From Tetramitus jugosus (lineage: Eukaryota; Protista; Heterolobosea): 64,000 nucleotides of DNA. The first letter of the stretch is position 1. Every line of letters begins with the position of its first letter. The notes beneath the pieces are model-generated. The model was not told where the DNA came from. It saw only the letters and a list, made by a program, of their open reading frames with translations, and ran no database searches. Where the stretch lies: assembly GCA_937625935.1 (NCBI GenBank), contig OW569374.1, forward strand, positions 1 to 64,000, written 5' to 3'. The translations under genes were made by a program, and so were the position numbers. Positions 1 through 11,900 of this stretch are shown piece after piece.

Positions 1-888
1 CCAACCCCAAACCAAACCCAAACCCAAACCCAAACCCTAACCCAAACCCAAACCCTAACCCAAAACCCAAACCCAAACCCCAAACCCAAACCCAAACCCA
101 AACCCAAACCCAAACCCAAACCCAAACCCTAACCCAAACCCAAACCCAAACCCAAACCCAAACCCAAACCCAAACCCAAACCCAAACCCAAACCCAAACC
201 CAAACCCAAACCCAAACCCAAACCCAAACCCAAACCCAAACCCAAACCCAAACCCAAACCCAAACCCAAACCCAAACCCAAACCCAAACCCAAACCCAAA
301 CCCAAACCCAAACCCAAACCCAAACCCAAACCCAAACCCAAACCCAAACCCAAACCCAAACCCAAACCCAAACCCAAACCCAAACCCAAACCCAAACCCA
401 AACCCAAACCCAAACCCAAACCCAAACCCAAACCCAAACCCAAACCCAAACCCAAACCCAAACCCAAACCCAAACCCAAACCCAAACCCAAACCCAAACC
501 CAAACCCAAACCCAAACCCAAACCCAAACCCAAACCCAAACCCAAACCCAAACCCAAACCCAAACCCAAACCCAAACCCAAACCCAAACCCAAACCCAAA
601 CCCAAACCCAAACCCAAACCCAAACCCAAACCCAAACCCAAACCCAAACCCAAACCCAAACCCAAACCCAAACCCAAACCCAAACCCAAACCCAAACCCA
701 AACCCAAACCCAAACCCAAACCCAAACCCAAACCCAAACCCAAACCCAAACCCAAACCCAAACCCAAACCCAAACCCAAACCCAAACCCAAACCCAAACC
801 CAAACCCAAACCCAAACCCAAACCCAAACCCAAACCCAAACCCAAACCCAAACCCAAACCCAAACCCAAACCCAAACCCAAACCCAAA
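1..888. repeat. Telomeric repeat array (CCCAAA)n, i.e. TTTGGG on the G-strand; chromosome left end
   Basis: Near-perfect tandem CCCAAA from the window start to 888. C-rich strand is at the 5' end, as expected for a left telomere. CCCTAA variants at 35-40, 53-58 and 127-132. Confidence 0.97.
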
Positions 889-2252
889 ATTTTTTTCTAC
901 CTAAAAACTCAAAAAGTTTACCAACACATTTCTCTGTCTATTTTTCGCCCAGTTTTCAAAAATTAACCTTCTTTATCTATGTTTAATCAGTGTGTTGGTT
1001 TATTTGGATCAGTGCATCAGAGATTCAGTTTTATGTTCTTTCGTAAATCAAAATATTTTCGGGAGTTGCACCCTCCATCGTTTTATTATGTTTTTTGATT
1101 CTTTACAATAGAATAAGTAGATAACATGTTGTTCTACAGTGTTACGCTTTTTTATCCTTCTTAACTATTTTTTTTTGCGCTGAATATCTCCCAAGCACAA
1201 CTTCGAAATATCAGTGAGTTGAGAATGACTTCTATTACAATTCTAATGGTTATATACTTTGCCTCTCGGTTAAATAATACTTCTGTGCTGACTTGAACTC
1301 ATTACAGTTATTTTTTATTCCTGGGTGCTGTGCACTCAATATCGTCATCTGATAAAAACCATCCCAAACACTTTACTATGAACAATATAATATTATCCAT
1401 GTACTATTTTCTTGAAAAAATGTCTTTTCTTCCTTTTTGCATCACCTGACTTGAATTAATACCCGACATGCTTGTTTGAAAAAGAATGAGCTCAAAAAAA
1501 TCATTGTTATTTTGTCTTCCATTGGTCTCTTCTCGAAAAATGCTTCTGAGCCTCACTATTCGTTAGAAAAAAAATCGACTTCCTCATTTTGTGTATTTTT
1601 ACAATGATGACTAAATAGGATTCACTTATCTTGGTATTTAGAGCTCTTTTCTATGTTTGATCAGTCGTCTATCATCCACTCTTATAAAGATAATTACAGT
1701 TGAAAATTACCAATTGTGAACGAGTTTGCTGAATAATCGGAACATAATTTTCAAAAATTAATGAAATTTTTGTAATCTACGTCCTTATATTGACTTAGAA
1801 CAGCCTCATTCACAGTCAGTGACAAATTTTGATGTATCTGGTATGCATGTCCTCTACTCTATATCTCCGATAGGAAAGCATGAAGTCAAAAAAAAGAGTC
1901 GGACAAAAAGAATCAGTATATATGTGAAAGAGTAAGAGAGAAATCTAATACAGTTGTTAGATCTGAAATATCATATAAATCAACTGATCTGTTAACTCGT
2001 AGTTCTGAAACACGATTCTACTGAGCAAATGGTTTTTTTTTGACCAAAGGCCAAAAAAAAAAGCTTTTTTTTACATGAAGCAGTTTTTATACTCGAAAAA
2101 ATGACTTGTTTTTATGATTGAGACAAGAGGGTATGTCGTTACGTGCTCAAACCAACCTACATCTTCCGCATTTTTTGTGCTCTTTCTAACAACACCAGCA
2201 GCATGGCTTGAAACCGCCTGGAAGTCTGGTTTGGGTCGTAGTATAATTACCA

Positions 2253-2276
2253 CCCAAACCCAAACCCAAACCCAAA
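2253..2276. repeat. Internal telomeric tract (CCCAAA)4
   Basis: Four exact units in the same orientation as the terminal array, preceded by an inverted GGTTTGGGT at 2228-2236. Confidence 0.85.
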
Positions 2277-3620
2277 GAAACGTGATGTTTTTGTTACAAC
2301 ATATACTGGCGTCAAGTCGTGAGTTTCAATGTGTGTTGTTAGTACTGTGTTGGAGTGATGGCAGTCCACATATCAAAAAGGATACCATCAGCAGTTCGGA
2401 ATAACTAACTTGGCGCAACAGTTCACTGTTAAATACTTGAAAAAGTAGGTCGATACTAAGCTGAATCAACACCAAAAGGGTGAGCCCGTGAGTCATTTTA
2501 TTTCAAAATCAATTGATTTAACGTATCTTTTTTGTCCTTGAGTTTTTGTGGTTTGCAGAAAAAGAGCGGCGCCAACATTACTTTTTTGCAAAAAAATTTC
2601 CATTTGGCGTCAAAAAGGTGAATGATCTCGAGAATCGAATCCTCGTCCTTCTTGACATTCAACGCCTTGTTTTCAAAAAAGGTTGAAAAAATCGGACTGT
2701 TTTCTTGCTACCTTCTGTAGGCTTTGATGTTCTCTTGTTTCGCAAGCTGCTAAGCTTCGTAGAAACTACTCGCTGGTGGTCAGAAGTTTCTGAGTGATCA
2801 ATGTATGAACTCGAGAAAGGATAATAACCCATTGGGAGATCGCTCAGTTTCTATGGTGAGAGGGCTTCCAAAATTGATAAAAAATGTTTGAGTATAGTAT
2901 CACTTTGTGTTCCCGTCAACATATCAATTCGAATATTCAAAAATGAATTACCACCCTTCGCTTTTGGAGATGTTGAATCTATTGAGACGAATGAAGAACA
3001 TAAATGGTGTGGTTTTTTGTTTCCACTGAGAAAATGTTACCCAAATCCTTTCGCTCATTAAAACGTGATCGATCAAGCTCGCTTCTCTCTTTCTTCAATA
3101 ATTCACTTCAATTGAATTGCGTTTCATCTGAACCAAATGGACCAAGATTCCCCAGCTCTCTTAGTTCAAAGGCTTGATACAAGGTTTACAGTGATTAGCC
3201 CGAATTGCGTATGATGAACAAGTCGATTGATATTGAGGATTGGCGCATGTCTAACTGAATGAATTTCATGGAGATTACAGTCAATAGTTTCAATATAGAG
3301 TATTGTAGTAGCAGTACTGCTGGACAGAAAATTTGTCAGATACTTGACTTTATAAGTATACTGAATATCCGCTAGATATGGACACTCGAAGTAGGAATTG
3401 AGAGGTTGTGTCTCGCTACTAGAGCCTCTTCTTTTTGGAGGTGGCGTCGCAACAATCTCTTCTACGGGATGAAACGCTAATTCACAAATCAATGATGGAA
3501 TTTGTGGCATTCTTTCCAAAAAAATCTTGAACTACTAAGTGAAGGACGTGTGTCCTACAAATGCATAAGTCTTGTTACTGTCTTATCTTCTCTCCATGAA
3601 TTTCCAAACAAAGCCCCTGA

Positions 3621-3743
3621 GGGAGCGTCCGGATATTATATTCACCTTTGACCCCTCCCTGCCTGTTTTGAATAAATTTGAATAAATTTCTCAGACCCCC
3701 TCCCTACTCCCTAGGGGCCGTAAGATAATATCTGGACGCTCCC
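3621..3743. mobile_element. MITE-like miniature inverted-repeat element (~123 bp)
   Basis: 19-bp terminal inverted repeats GGGAGCGTCCGGATATTAT / ATAATATCTGGACGCTCCC (1 mismatch). Internal direct repeats GACCCC(C)TCCCT and TTTGAATAAA. No clear TSD. Confidence 0.55.
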
Positions 3744-4885
3744 ATTCCTCTCTTGATTCTTGCAGAGCATCTTCTGAGAGTAAGGTGGGTAATTGATGAT
3801 TCTTGTTAGGCGTGCTGACGTTCTTGAGACTTCCATTTTTTATTTTTGTTCGGATACCAGAGAAGAATTTTTTGTCTAGTTGTTTGACAGTCGGACAGTA
3901 AGTAAAGCAACATAAAAACAATAAGAAGAGTCTAAGAACTTTTTTGTGATATTGTTTGAAAAGTTTTTTGATGTCTTATTGTTGTCTTGTCTTGTTGTTT
4001 GACTAGTGATTGAATGTCTCTGGAGAGTGAACTAGAGTGTTTTGTTAGAGTGATTAAACTATCAAAAGGATGTGAATTGAAAGTGTAGCACTCTCTGCAA
4101 GGAATGAAAAATTGAATCAACGAGTTTTGCACCAGTAACTCTATTGCATTCTGTGGAATCTGAAATCGAGTATTGTCATGATCACGTTGCGAATCAAAGG
4201 TGTCCATCGGCTTTTAAGTGTTGGTTAAAGGGATTAATCGAAACGTAAAACGCAAATTCCTGATTAAGAAAAGAACCCATCTTTGCGTCTATTCAAATTG
4301 TTGAAACAATATCGTTTACAGTTTATGATCCTTCACTGGCTCACTCAAGAAACTTTAGTCTCACTCATACGCGTATCCAACAACTCGAACAGAGTATTCA
4401 ACCAGCACCAGTTTCCCAAGTGCTACTAATTCAAACACGAGACTCTCCTCATATGTTGCTTTTTTGTGCTAAATATGTACCTAAAGGCCAGAGGGCCATC
4501 CAGACTCTACTATTGTCTTGACCAACAATTGTATTAGTAGACTGTTGTTAACTGTAGACTCTTTGTGGTACTGGGGAGGTATGGTGATAAAGGTATTTGA
4601 TGGAGATTCAGTTTGGGACGCGGTATGTATTGCAACCAACCCCGTTCGTTCTGTAGTAAGCTTCTCTGAAGACAGTACCTTGCTGAAGACAGCTACTAAA
4701 TACTACTGCAAGTTGTGTGGGAAAATGAACTTTCGATGTGTTCCAATAATATTCATTCAACGAAGTTTTTCCCATAGTATCTCGAAAGAATCTGTTTAAT
4801 TCTATTTGTGACATTCAAGACATTACTTGATATGAAATAAATAACAATTACGAAAAAACCACCATAAACCAACAAACCAACAACA

Positions 4886-5311
4886 ATGCAACGACTGTAT
4901 AGAACAACTAGTCTCGCCAAGAAAAATTTGCAAGTTACAAGAGGATACGTCACCCAGTATCAGGATAACACTAGATCTCTCGATGGAAAGAATGCAAGTT
5001 ACAATCAAAACCCTTGCACCAAAGAAGGTATCATTGAAGCCGCTGATACTTCATTGCCATATCGCTACGTTCTGTCCTTTGACAAGGGAAAATTTCCATT
5101 GACCTCTGCATTATTCACTAGTCCTTGGGAGGAACAGCAGAAGAATATGATCAACTTGGAAAAATACGCTGGAAAGACTGTAGAAGTGTTTGGACATTTT
5201 CCAGACGCAGAGGGCTCGAGTGGAAACAGTTTCATATGTGGTGCTGCCATCAAACCCGTTTCTCATGTTGAATATACGGTGAGAGTTACTGGAGGTAGTA
5301 TCTTTCTCTAA
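4886..5311 (+). CDS. Hypothetical 141-aa protein with possible mitochondrial presequence
   Basis: Clean ORF preceded by the CAA-rich leader seen at other genes here, followed by AATAATAAAA. N-terminus is R/K/T/S-rich, lacks acidic residues and ends in RGY. Confidence 0.55.
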   Translation: MQRLYRTTSLAKKNLQVTRGYVTQYQDNTRSLDGKNASYNQNPCTKEGIIEAADTSLPYRYVLSFDKGKFPLTSALFTSPWEEQQKNMINLEKYAGKTVEVFGHFPDAEGSSGNSFICGAAIKPVSHVEYTVRVTGGSIFL

Positions 5312-6162
5312 AGTTGCTCACCAATAATAAAAAGTTTTACTCCAATTCAAATTGACATGTTGTGCTTATCAGAGATATACCCTTGATTTGCTTTTTACAG
5401 CCATTGGATCTATTTCTCTGTAGAAGAGGCCAGAGAGCAAATCGTGACGTTATCTCAGATAATTGATTCCGAAATTGTTATCTGGAGCAAGAAATTATCA
5501 TTCGAATGCACCCATGGAGTACCTGAGTTTCTTTAGCGAGACTATCGAGTGCACTCGAATTGACACGATGATGGACATGCATGCATCCCAACCTAGTGGT
5601 AGGTCTTTACTATCTCTCTAGCACAGGTGATCACATGCATGGTTTGAGTACTCAGTACGAAACTTTTTTCACAACAATCGGTATTTCTCTTCTGCTCTAT
5701 TTACGAGTTACAAGTACCGAAGTGAGTTGAGGATCTTCAGTTGAGTAGGTACTTCTGGAAGTGAAGGAAGAAAGATGGAGAAGCAAAGCTGCTATTAAAT
5801 TGATGTTAATTCAAATGTAGTTGTTTCTGGCTCGTTGAAGGTTCAAAAACTGAAGAACAAAAATTGGAGGCAGGGCACAGCCAATTTGAAAAATGTTTGC
5901 ATCAACCTGTTGAAAATTTCAACTTGTTCGTCGAGTGAAAATGGAGCCAGTGCATACATATAAATATATGGCCAGGTGATACCTTACTAAAATCTCTTTT
6001 TAGTAATGAAATTGTGTGCAAAATTTCTCAAGCACCTACATGACACAGGGAAGAATATATAGTGCTTCTTTAGGCCTACAAGTCGATCATCATACCAGCA
6101 ATGAACAACGACTTGTTCTCTGAACTGCATGATTTCTTCTTGGAACTTAGAGTAAAAAGAAT

Positions 6163-7422
6163 TCAATTTTCAATCAATCCATGGTCAAGAAGTATCTGCT
6201 TGGTAGATTCAGCCCACTTGTCATCCAGATTCTGATCCATACATAGTGCAGGATTCGTTTTCGATTCCTCAAGTAACTTTCCAAACATCTTTGCACAAAC
6301 TGTAGCTCTCCTCAATATGATTGGCTTCAACAATTTGTGTGCGATTCCTTTTAAATTGAACATTCCATAAAGTGTATACAGCACAGAGTTATCATCAATA
6401 CTTTGGAATCTGATGCAATAATAGTTGATAATGGGATCACTTCCTTTGACATTAGCATGTGGAAGTAGAGTTTTTCCTATCATCATCAATACTCTGTTTT
6501 GGGGATTATATGACACACTCGTAACAACTGTCATATGCTTTGGATAGTATGAAAGAGGCCACGAAAGTTTCACGTGCTGTATATAAACTGAGCATGATCT
6601 TTTCTCCCTCATTTCCACTTCTGGAAAAAGAGTAGATAATTCTTCGTGTGTGTAATGTCTCACTAATTCCATTCCAGCCACATTGGAATCATATAATTGG
6701 AAATTTTTGGCTACTAATATGATCTTGGCTATATCAACAATGTTCCAGTCATAAGTGGTTTGAAACTTTGTCATAATAGTGTTCTTGAATGCTGAAACAT
6801 TGGGAAATAGTTGAGTATTTAACTTGAGTAGATTATATCTAGTTCTCGATTTGATATCTGATGATCCAATCATCTTCCAGTTGAAAGAGTCGGTTTGTAG
6901 CAAATCAAATAGCATGAAATCTGTGTCTCGTACCACAGGTCTCATAAAATCATCGTCAGTAAGACTGGATGTATCCAAATGAAACAATGGTTTCAATATG
7001 GCTATTGATTTCATCAAGTTGGGATTTTTCCTCAATAGAGACTCAAAGGATGCACTTCTAACGAACCTTGGTAACGCATCTATTTTCAAAGAGGTCAATA
7101 CATTGACAATAGCGGGTGCAAATAATGCGTTGAAATCCGTTTCCTTGGACAATTGGTTCATTTGGGTATCAATGTGCCTAAATGAACTACTGGACAAATT
7201 TACTTGCTTACTTGCTGTTGTAGCTATGTAGGTATTGAACAATCTCTTTGCAACATCCAACTTCTCCATAGGGTCAATAAGGTTTAGGAACCGTTCATGA
7301 TCCTTGATAAATTCCAGTGAATCTGAATTTACCTCCTTCTTCAAATGTTTCAAGAAAGCATCAACTACTTTCTCTTCTTTCAGCACACAATCGAAATCAA
7401 TAACATAGTTTGTGAGATCCAT
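6163..7422 (-). CDS. RGS-domain protein with C-terminal START/SRPBCC-like domain
   Basis: RGS motifs FLKHLKKEVNSDSLEF, TYIATTASKQVNLS, DALPRFVRS. C-terminal YDSN...VYIQHVKLSWPLS pattern is START-like. Likely start MDLTNY at 7422. Confidence 0.8.
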   Translation of the reverse strand: MDLTNYVIDFDCVLKEEKVVDAFLKHLKKEVNSDSLEFIKDHERFLNLIDPMEKLDVAKRLFNTYIATTASKQVNLSSSSFRHIDTQMNQLSKETDFNALFAPAIVNVLTSLKIDALPRFVRSASFESLLRKNPNLMKSIAILKPLFHLDTSSLTDDDFMRPVVRDTDFMLFDLLQTDSFNWKMIGSSDIKSRTRYNLLKLNTQLFPNVSAFKNTIMTKFQTTYDWNIVDIAKIILVAKNFQLYDSNVAGMELVRHYTHEELSTLFPEVEMREKRSCSVYIQHVKLSWPLSYYPKHMTVVTSVSYNPQNRVLMMIGKTLLPHANVKGSDPIINYYCIRFQSIDDNSVLYTLYGMFNLKGIAHKLLKPIILRRATVCAKMFGKLLEESKTNPALCMDQNLDDKWAESTKQILLDHGLIEN

Positions 7423-7518
7423 TTGTTTGTTTTTTGTGTGTTGGGATAGCCTTCGAACGTGTTGCACTTTCAAAAAACGGGGGATAAAAAATAATTCCGA
7501 TCAGCCTTTTAAGGCAGA

Positions 7519-8493
7519 ATGAACTTGGAGAACATCCTTCACTTCACAAAAATGAGTTCAGGCCAAAATACAAGCAAACAAAGAGAAACAATCCAAAAAA
7601 TGGAAGACTGTTTGGTACATGCCATTTTGTTGTACATTCACACAAACGAACACTTTCGCTACAGAGGCATTAACAGAAGATGTTTGAAGCATTTTGACAA
7701 CACACCAAAAGGACTGGATGAGTTTATTGGTCGTGGATCTGTCTTTTGTGGAAGCGAAGATGAAATATTTTCGTTGCAAGAACCACACACCGCGCATGTC
7801 CATTCCATTCGACTTCGAAAAACAACCAATGGAAGCTATGAAACACGAAAAGAACTTTTTGAGTCAGGCCTCTGCATGTACATCAAGTATCACAAAATAT
7901 TAAGAGTCATATATATAGACGATGATTTATTCTTGAATAAGCTTTCATTCGAGTCATTGTGCCCCAAACTAGAGTATCGGGTGTGTATCAGAAATGATCA
8001 GTTTGCTATTTTGAACATGGAATTAGTTAGAAAAGAGATTTTCATGCCAGAAGCCTATCAATCACACCACATCTCTGAATGGTTGATATTGGATCCATTT
8101 GAGAGACAATTCCACTCCAGTCATGCTATGAATTTTGAGGACCACATTCTCACAAACAACAACATTGATTGGTTGATGGATCTTCCAATCGACGTTGAAT
8201 ACAAGAGAAAGATTGTGACAGAAGTGATTTTCCACTGGAAAATGTATCATTATTGGAGAAAAGGGCTCCTAGGAGGCAACATTGGTTTAAAATGTCTTGT
8301 ATGTGTGTTTGAGCACATGATCAAGAATCACCCGTCAGATTTGCTTGGCGAGAATGAATGGGACATATTGATTCGTAATTGCAGTCACTTGTTGTTTATG
8401 GTGCAACAGAGAATGGAAAAAGACCCAAAGTACTCCATGCCAACCTCGATGTTGAAGGACAGAGACCAGGCAAAAAATCTTGAATCAAACTAG
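7519..8493 (+). CDS. Hypothetical protein (possibly divergent F-box-like N-terminus)
   Basis: 324-aa ORF divergent from the RGS gene. EDCLVHAILLYI...RYRGINRR is weakly F-box-like. Confidence 0.6.
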   Translation: MNLENILHFTKMSSGQNTSKQRETIQKMEDCLVHAILLYIHTNEHFRYRGINRRCLKHFDNTPKGLDEFIGRGSVFCGSEDEIFSLQEPHTAHVHSIRLRKTTNGSYETRKELFESGLCMYIKYHKILRVIYIDDDLFLNKLSFESLCPKLEYRVCIRNDQFAILNMELVRKEIFMPEAYQSHHISEWLILDPFERQFHSSHAMNFEDHILTNNNIDWLMDLPIDVEYKRKIVTEVIFHWKMYHYWRKGLLGGNIGLKCLVCVFEHMIKNHPSDLLGENEWDILIRNCSHLLFMVQQRMEKDPKYSMPTSMLKDRDQAKNLESN

Positions 8494-8959
8494 TAACCCT
8501 TGTCAAAGAGAGCCACTCGATGACTCGAAGCGATAGATGCTTGGGTGATGCAAAAAATCTGAGTCGCTCAAGCAACGACAACTAACGAGAAAGTCATTGG
8601 AGTGTCCTCCTCAACTGAATAAATGATAGATGTGACAATCAGACAGCATCAAACATATTCCAACAAGCAAAGAACCTACGATACTGTAAAACCACCATGC
8701 TTCATTTCTTCCATTGCTCTGATCAGTTTTTGTTTCATAATGTCACTGGAATTATATTAGTCATATCTTCGTTGATCTGACTGTTGCATTTCCGTTTCTA
8801 ATTTGTTCTTCTTTTTGGCTCATTTCTTGATTGCAACTTCTGTGTCCCCAAGTGTTACTTTTTCTTTATCTGATTCAAGGAGCAAAATGATTACAAACTT
8901 AGAAATAGGTCGTTGAGAGTAAGACATAAAGGAACAAAATTTCGTTTTCCCAAGTTAAC

Positions 8960-11900
8960 TTAAAAGTTTTCGCTCCTCCTCTTTATTTTGTCCAATTCTG
9001 TTGTTATTTCTTCAAACGACGGACGCTTGGTTTTATCTGCACTCCAACACCGTGTCGCAATGGAATAAAAATCTTGCACAATGGAAGGAATGTCGGACGA
9101 AGGTATGTTCGTTGTGTTACTCTTTGAGAAGAAGTTCAAAAGTGCTTGAGAGTCATTTGATGGTATAGGAGGTCTCAATCCTCTCACAATATCCAATCCA
9201 AGCGTAAATACTGATGAGTATGAAATCTGGCAATAGGGAGCATCCAAGATAAAAATTTCATGCATAATAATTCCAAAACTGTAAGTGTCACACGTTTCAT
9301 CATGTTCTCGATGTGTCAAAAGTTCTGGAGCACAGTACTCAATTGTTCCGTAGGATTTCCCCATCGTGAAAGAAGTATCAGTGCTTTTACTCAAACCAAA
9401 GTCACATATTCTGACATGATAATTCTCACCCAATAAAATATTCTGTGGCTTCAAGTCTCTGTGAACAATTCGAGGACTTCTTCCATGCAAATAAGCCATT
9501 GTATCTGCAATCTGACATAAGATATTCATCTTCTGATCAAAAGGTTTGAGTTTGCCATTGCTTGAATGAAGAACTGTGTCCAAACTCCCATTCACAGCGA
9601 ATTCCGTTATCAAAAACTTGTCTCCATTATCATTAGAAGAATATCCATACAAGTAGAGAATATTTGGATGACGCAAACTCTGAAGAATTGAAACTTCTTT
9701 GACAAAAGATTCATCATCCGATACTTTCATCTTTTTCACAGCCACGGCGTTACTTTTCCACTCTCCTTTGAATACAACACCGAATGCTCCTTCCGAGATA
9801 CGACTGATCAATTTAATATCTCTCATATCAATGAAAAAATCTCCTCTTTCAAATGAAGTAACTTCATAATCGCTCATCTCCTCCAATAAACATGCACGCA
9901 ATTCTGATTTCATTCTCGCATCTCTTCTTCTTCTTCTGATCAGTACTCCAATCACGATAATGGAAACAACAAGAGACACACCCAAAAGAACTCCGAAGAT
10001 CACTAATATCCATAGAAGTTTCAGACTAGAGCCACATGTGTCACCATGATATCCATATGCACAAAAACACTTATTAGGATTTCGACAGATTCCATGTGAT
10101 GAACAAACTTTTGTGTCTACACTTGAGTATCCATGGCAAATTGGATAGGAACAATTCAGTCCGGTGAATCCTTCATTACATTCACACTTATTGAAATCAA
10201 CACACTCACCATTTCCAGAGCAGACTCTTTCATCCTCGCGTTCTATATCAAAGCAGTTGAAAAGATCACACTCTTTACCAAAATACCCTTGCTCACATAG
10301 AACTCCAAGGAATCCCATTGTGTTTCTACCAATGAAAAAGCTAGTTAAAGTTTGTTCAGAATCAACATTGTTCATGTTGACCCACGTGGAATAGTTACTC
10401 TGCATATTCCAATAACCTAACTTTCCACCATTGGTCAAAGCAAGCATATCAAAATCGTTCACTATAAATTGAGATACGGTCTCTTCGTTTAACAACCCAT
10501 TCATACTCACTCGGACAGGTACATCGTCAACAGAGAAAGGTGCACCAAAATCTGTCAAACCCCAAGAATAAATATGACCATCTCTTGTTAAAATCGTTGT
10601 GTGAAATTCTCCTGCTGTAATAAATGTAATATTTTTGTCTTTCAATGTTCCACCCATGCTCACAGCATCAGGAACTGATACAAATCTTAGGGTGTCATTC
10701 CCAAGCATACCACACCTGTTGAAGCCCCAAGAAAAGAGTGTCCCATCACTCGTCAATGCGACTGTGTGAACATCACCTGCTGCAATTTGTACTACTCTCT
10801 TTCTCTTCAAATCTCCCTTCATGACAACTGAAACAGGCTCCTTACGATTTATCGCCAAGCCATCTCCCAATCTACCCCCAACATTTAATCCCCAAGCGTA
10901 CATCATGGTATCATTTGCCAGAGCGACAACATGAAACCTTCCTGCAGAAGCTGTTGTAATTGTCTTACCGCTCAACACACCATCCATGAAAACAGCCACA
11001 GGTTGATGTCTCTCTTGATATGAACCATCACCAATCTGTCCGTAAATATTCGATCCCCATGAATACAGCATTCCATCCTCAGACCTTGCTAATACAAAGA
11101 AGGCTAAACAACCTAACGTGACTTGTGAAATGATCTTATCATTCAAAATCCCACTTTTGTCAACCATCACGGGAAAATTTTTTGAATTCCTCGTGCCGTC
11201 TCCAACTTGGCCTGCACTATTTGATCCCCAAGAATACATATTTCCATCTTTCGTCAAAGCAAAATATTGTTCCGAAATTGGTCTTGCTACGATACTTGTA
11301 ATTGTCTTCCCATTCAATGCACCGTTCATGCCAATCGCAATTGGTTGATGCCGATTCACTTTCGTACCGTCTCCTAGTTGTCCATCTTCATTCTTTCCCA
11401 TTGAATAACTCTTTCCTTTACTTGTCAGTATCATGGTATGAGTTTCTCCCGCCACAATTTGAGTAATTGAATCATTTAATTCAATATTAATGTTTAGAAG
11501 AGTGGGATAGCAGTGATCTCTGCTTGTGTGCCGACCAAGTTGGCCTTCCTGGGCATTGCCCCAACCATACAAGAGACCATCACTCGTCAGGGCTAGAGTG
11601 TGATATCCTCCAGCTGCAATTTGTACTACAGTTTTTTCAGATAACTCACCACTCATTTTAACTGCAACTGGTGCCATTTCATCTTGATAAGAACCGTTAC
11701 CCAACTGGCCAAATCTATTCGAGCCCCAGCTATAAATCTTTGAATTATTCGTTAGCAAGACTGTGTGCGAATATCCAACAGCAATCTGAGTAACAATATT
11801 ACCCTGTAAACGGCTCATATCGACAGCAACAGGAATCAGTGAGCCCTTTTTTTGGCCATTACCACCAACTACACTTTCATCTCCCCAATAATATACTGTG

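Noticed and set aside
129-887. 252-aa poly-(GL) ORF
   Set aside because: Translation artefact of the telomeric repeat.
5540-5660. Short palindromes (TCGAGTGCACTCGA, TGAGTACTCA)
   Set aside because: Too short and isolated to exceed chance; no element boundaries.
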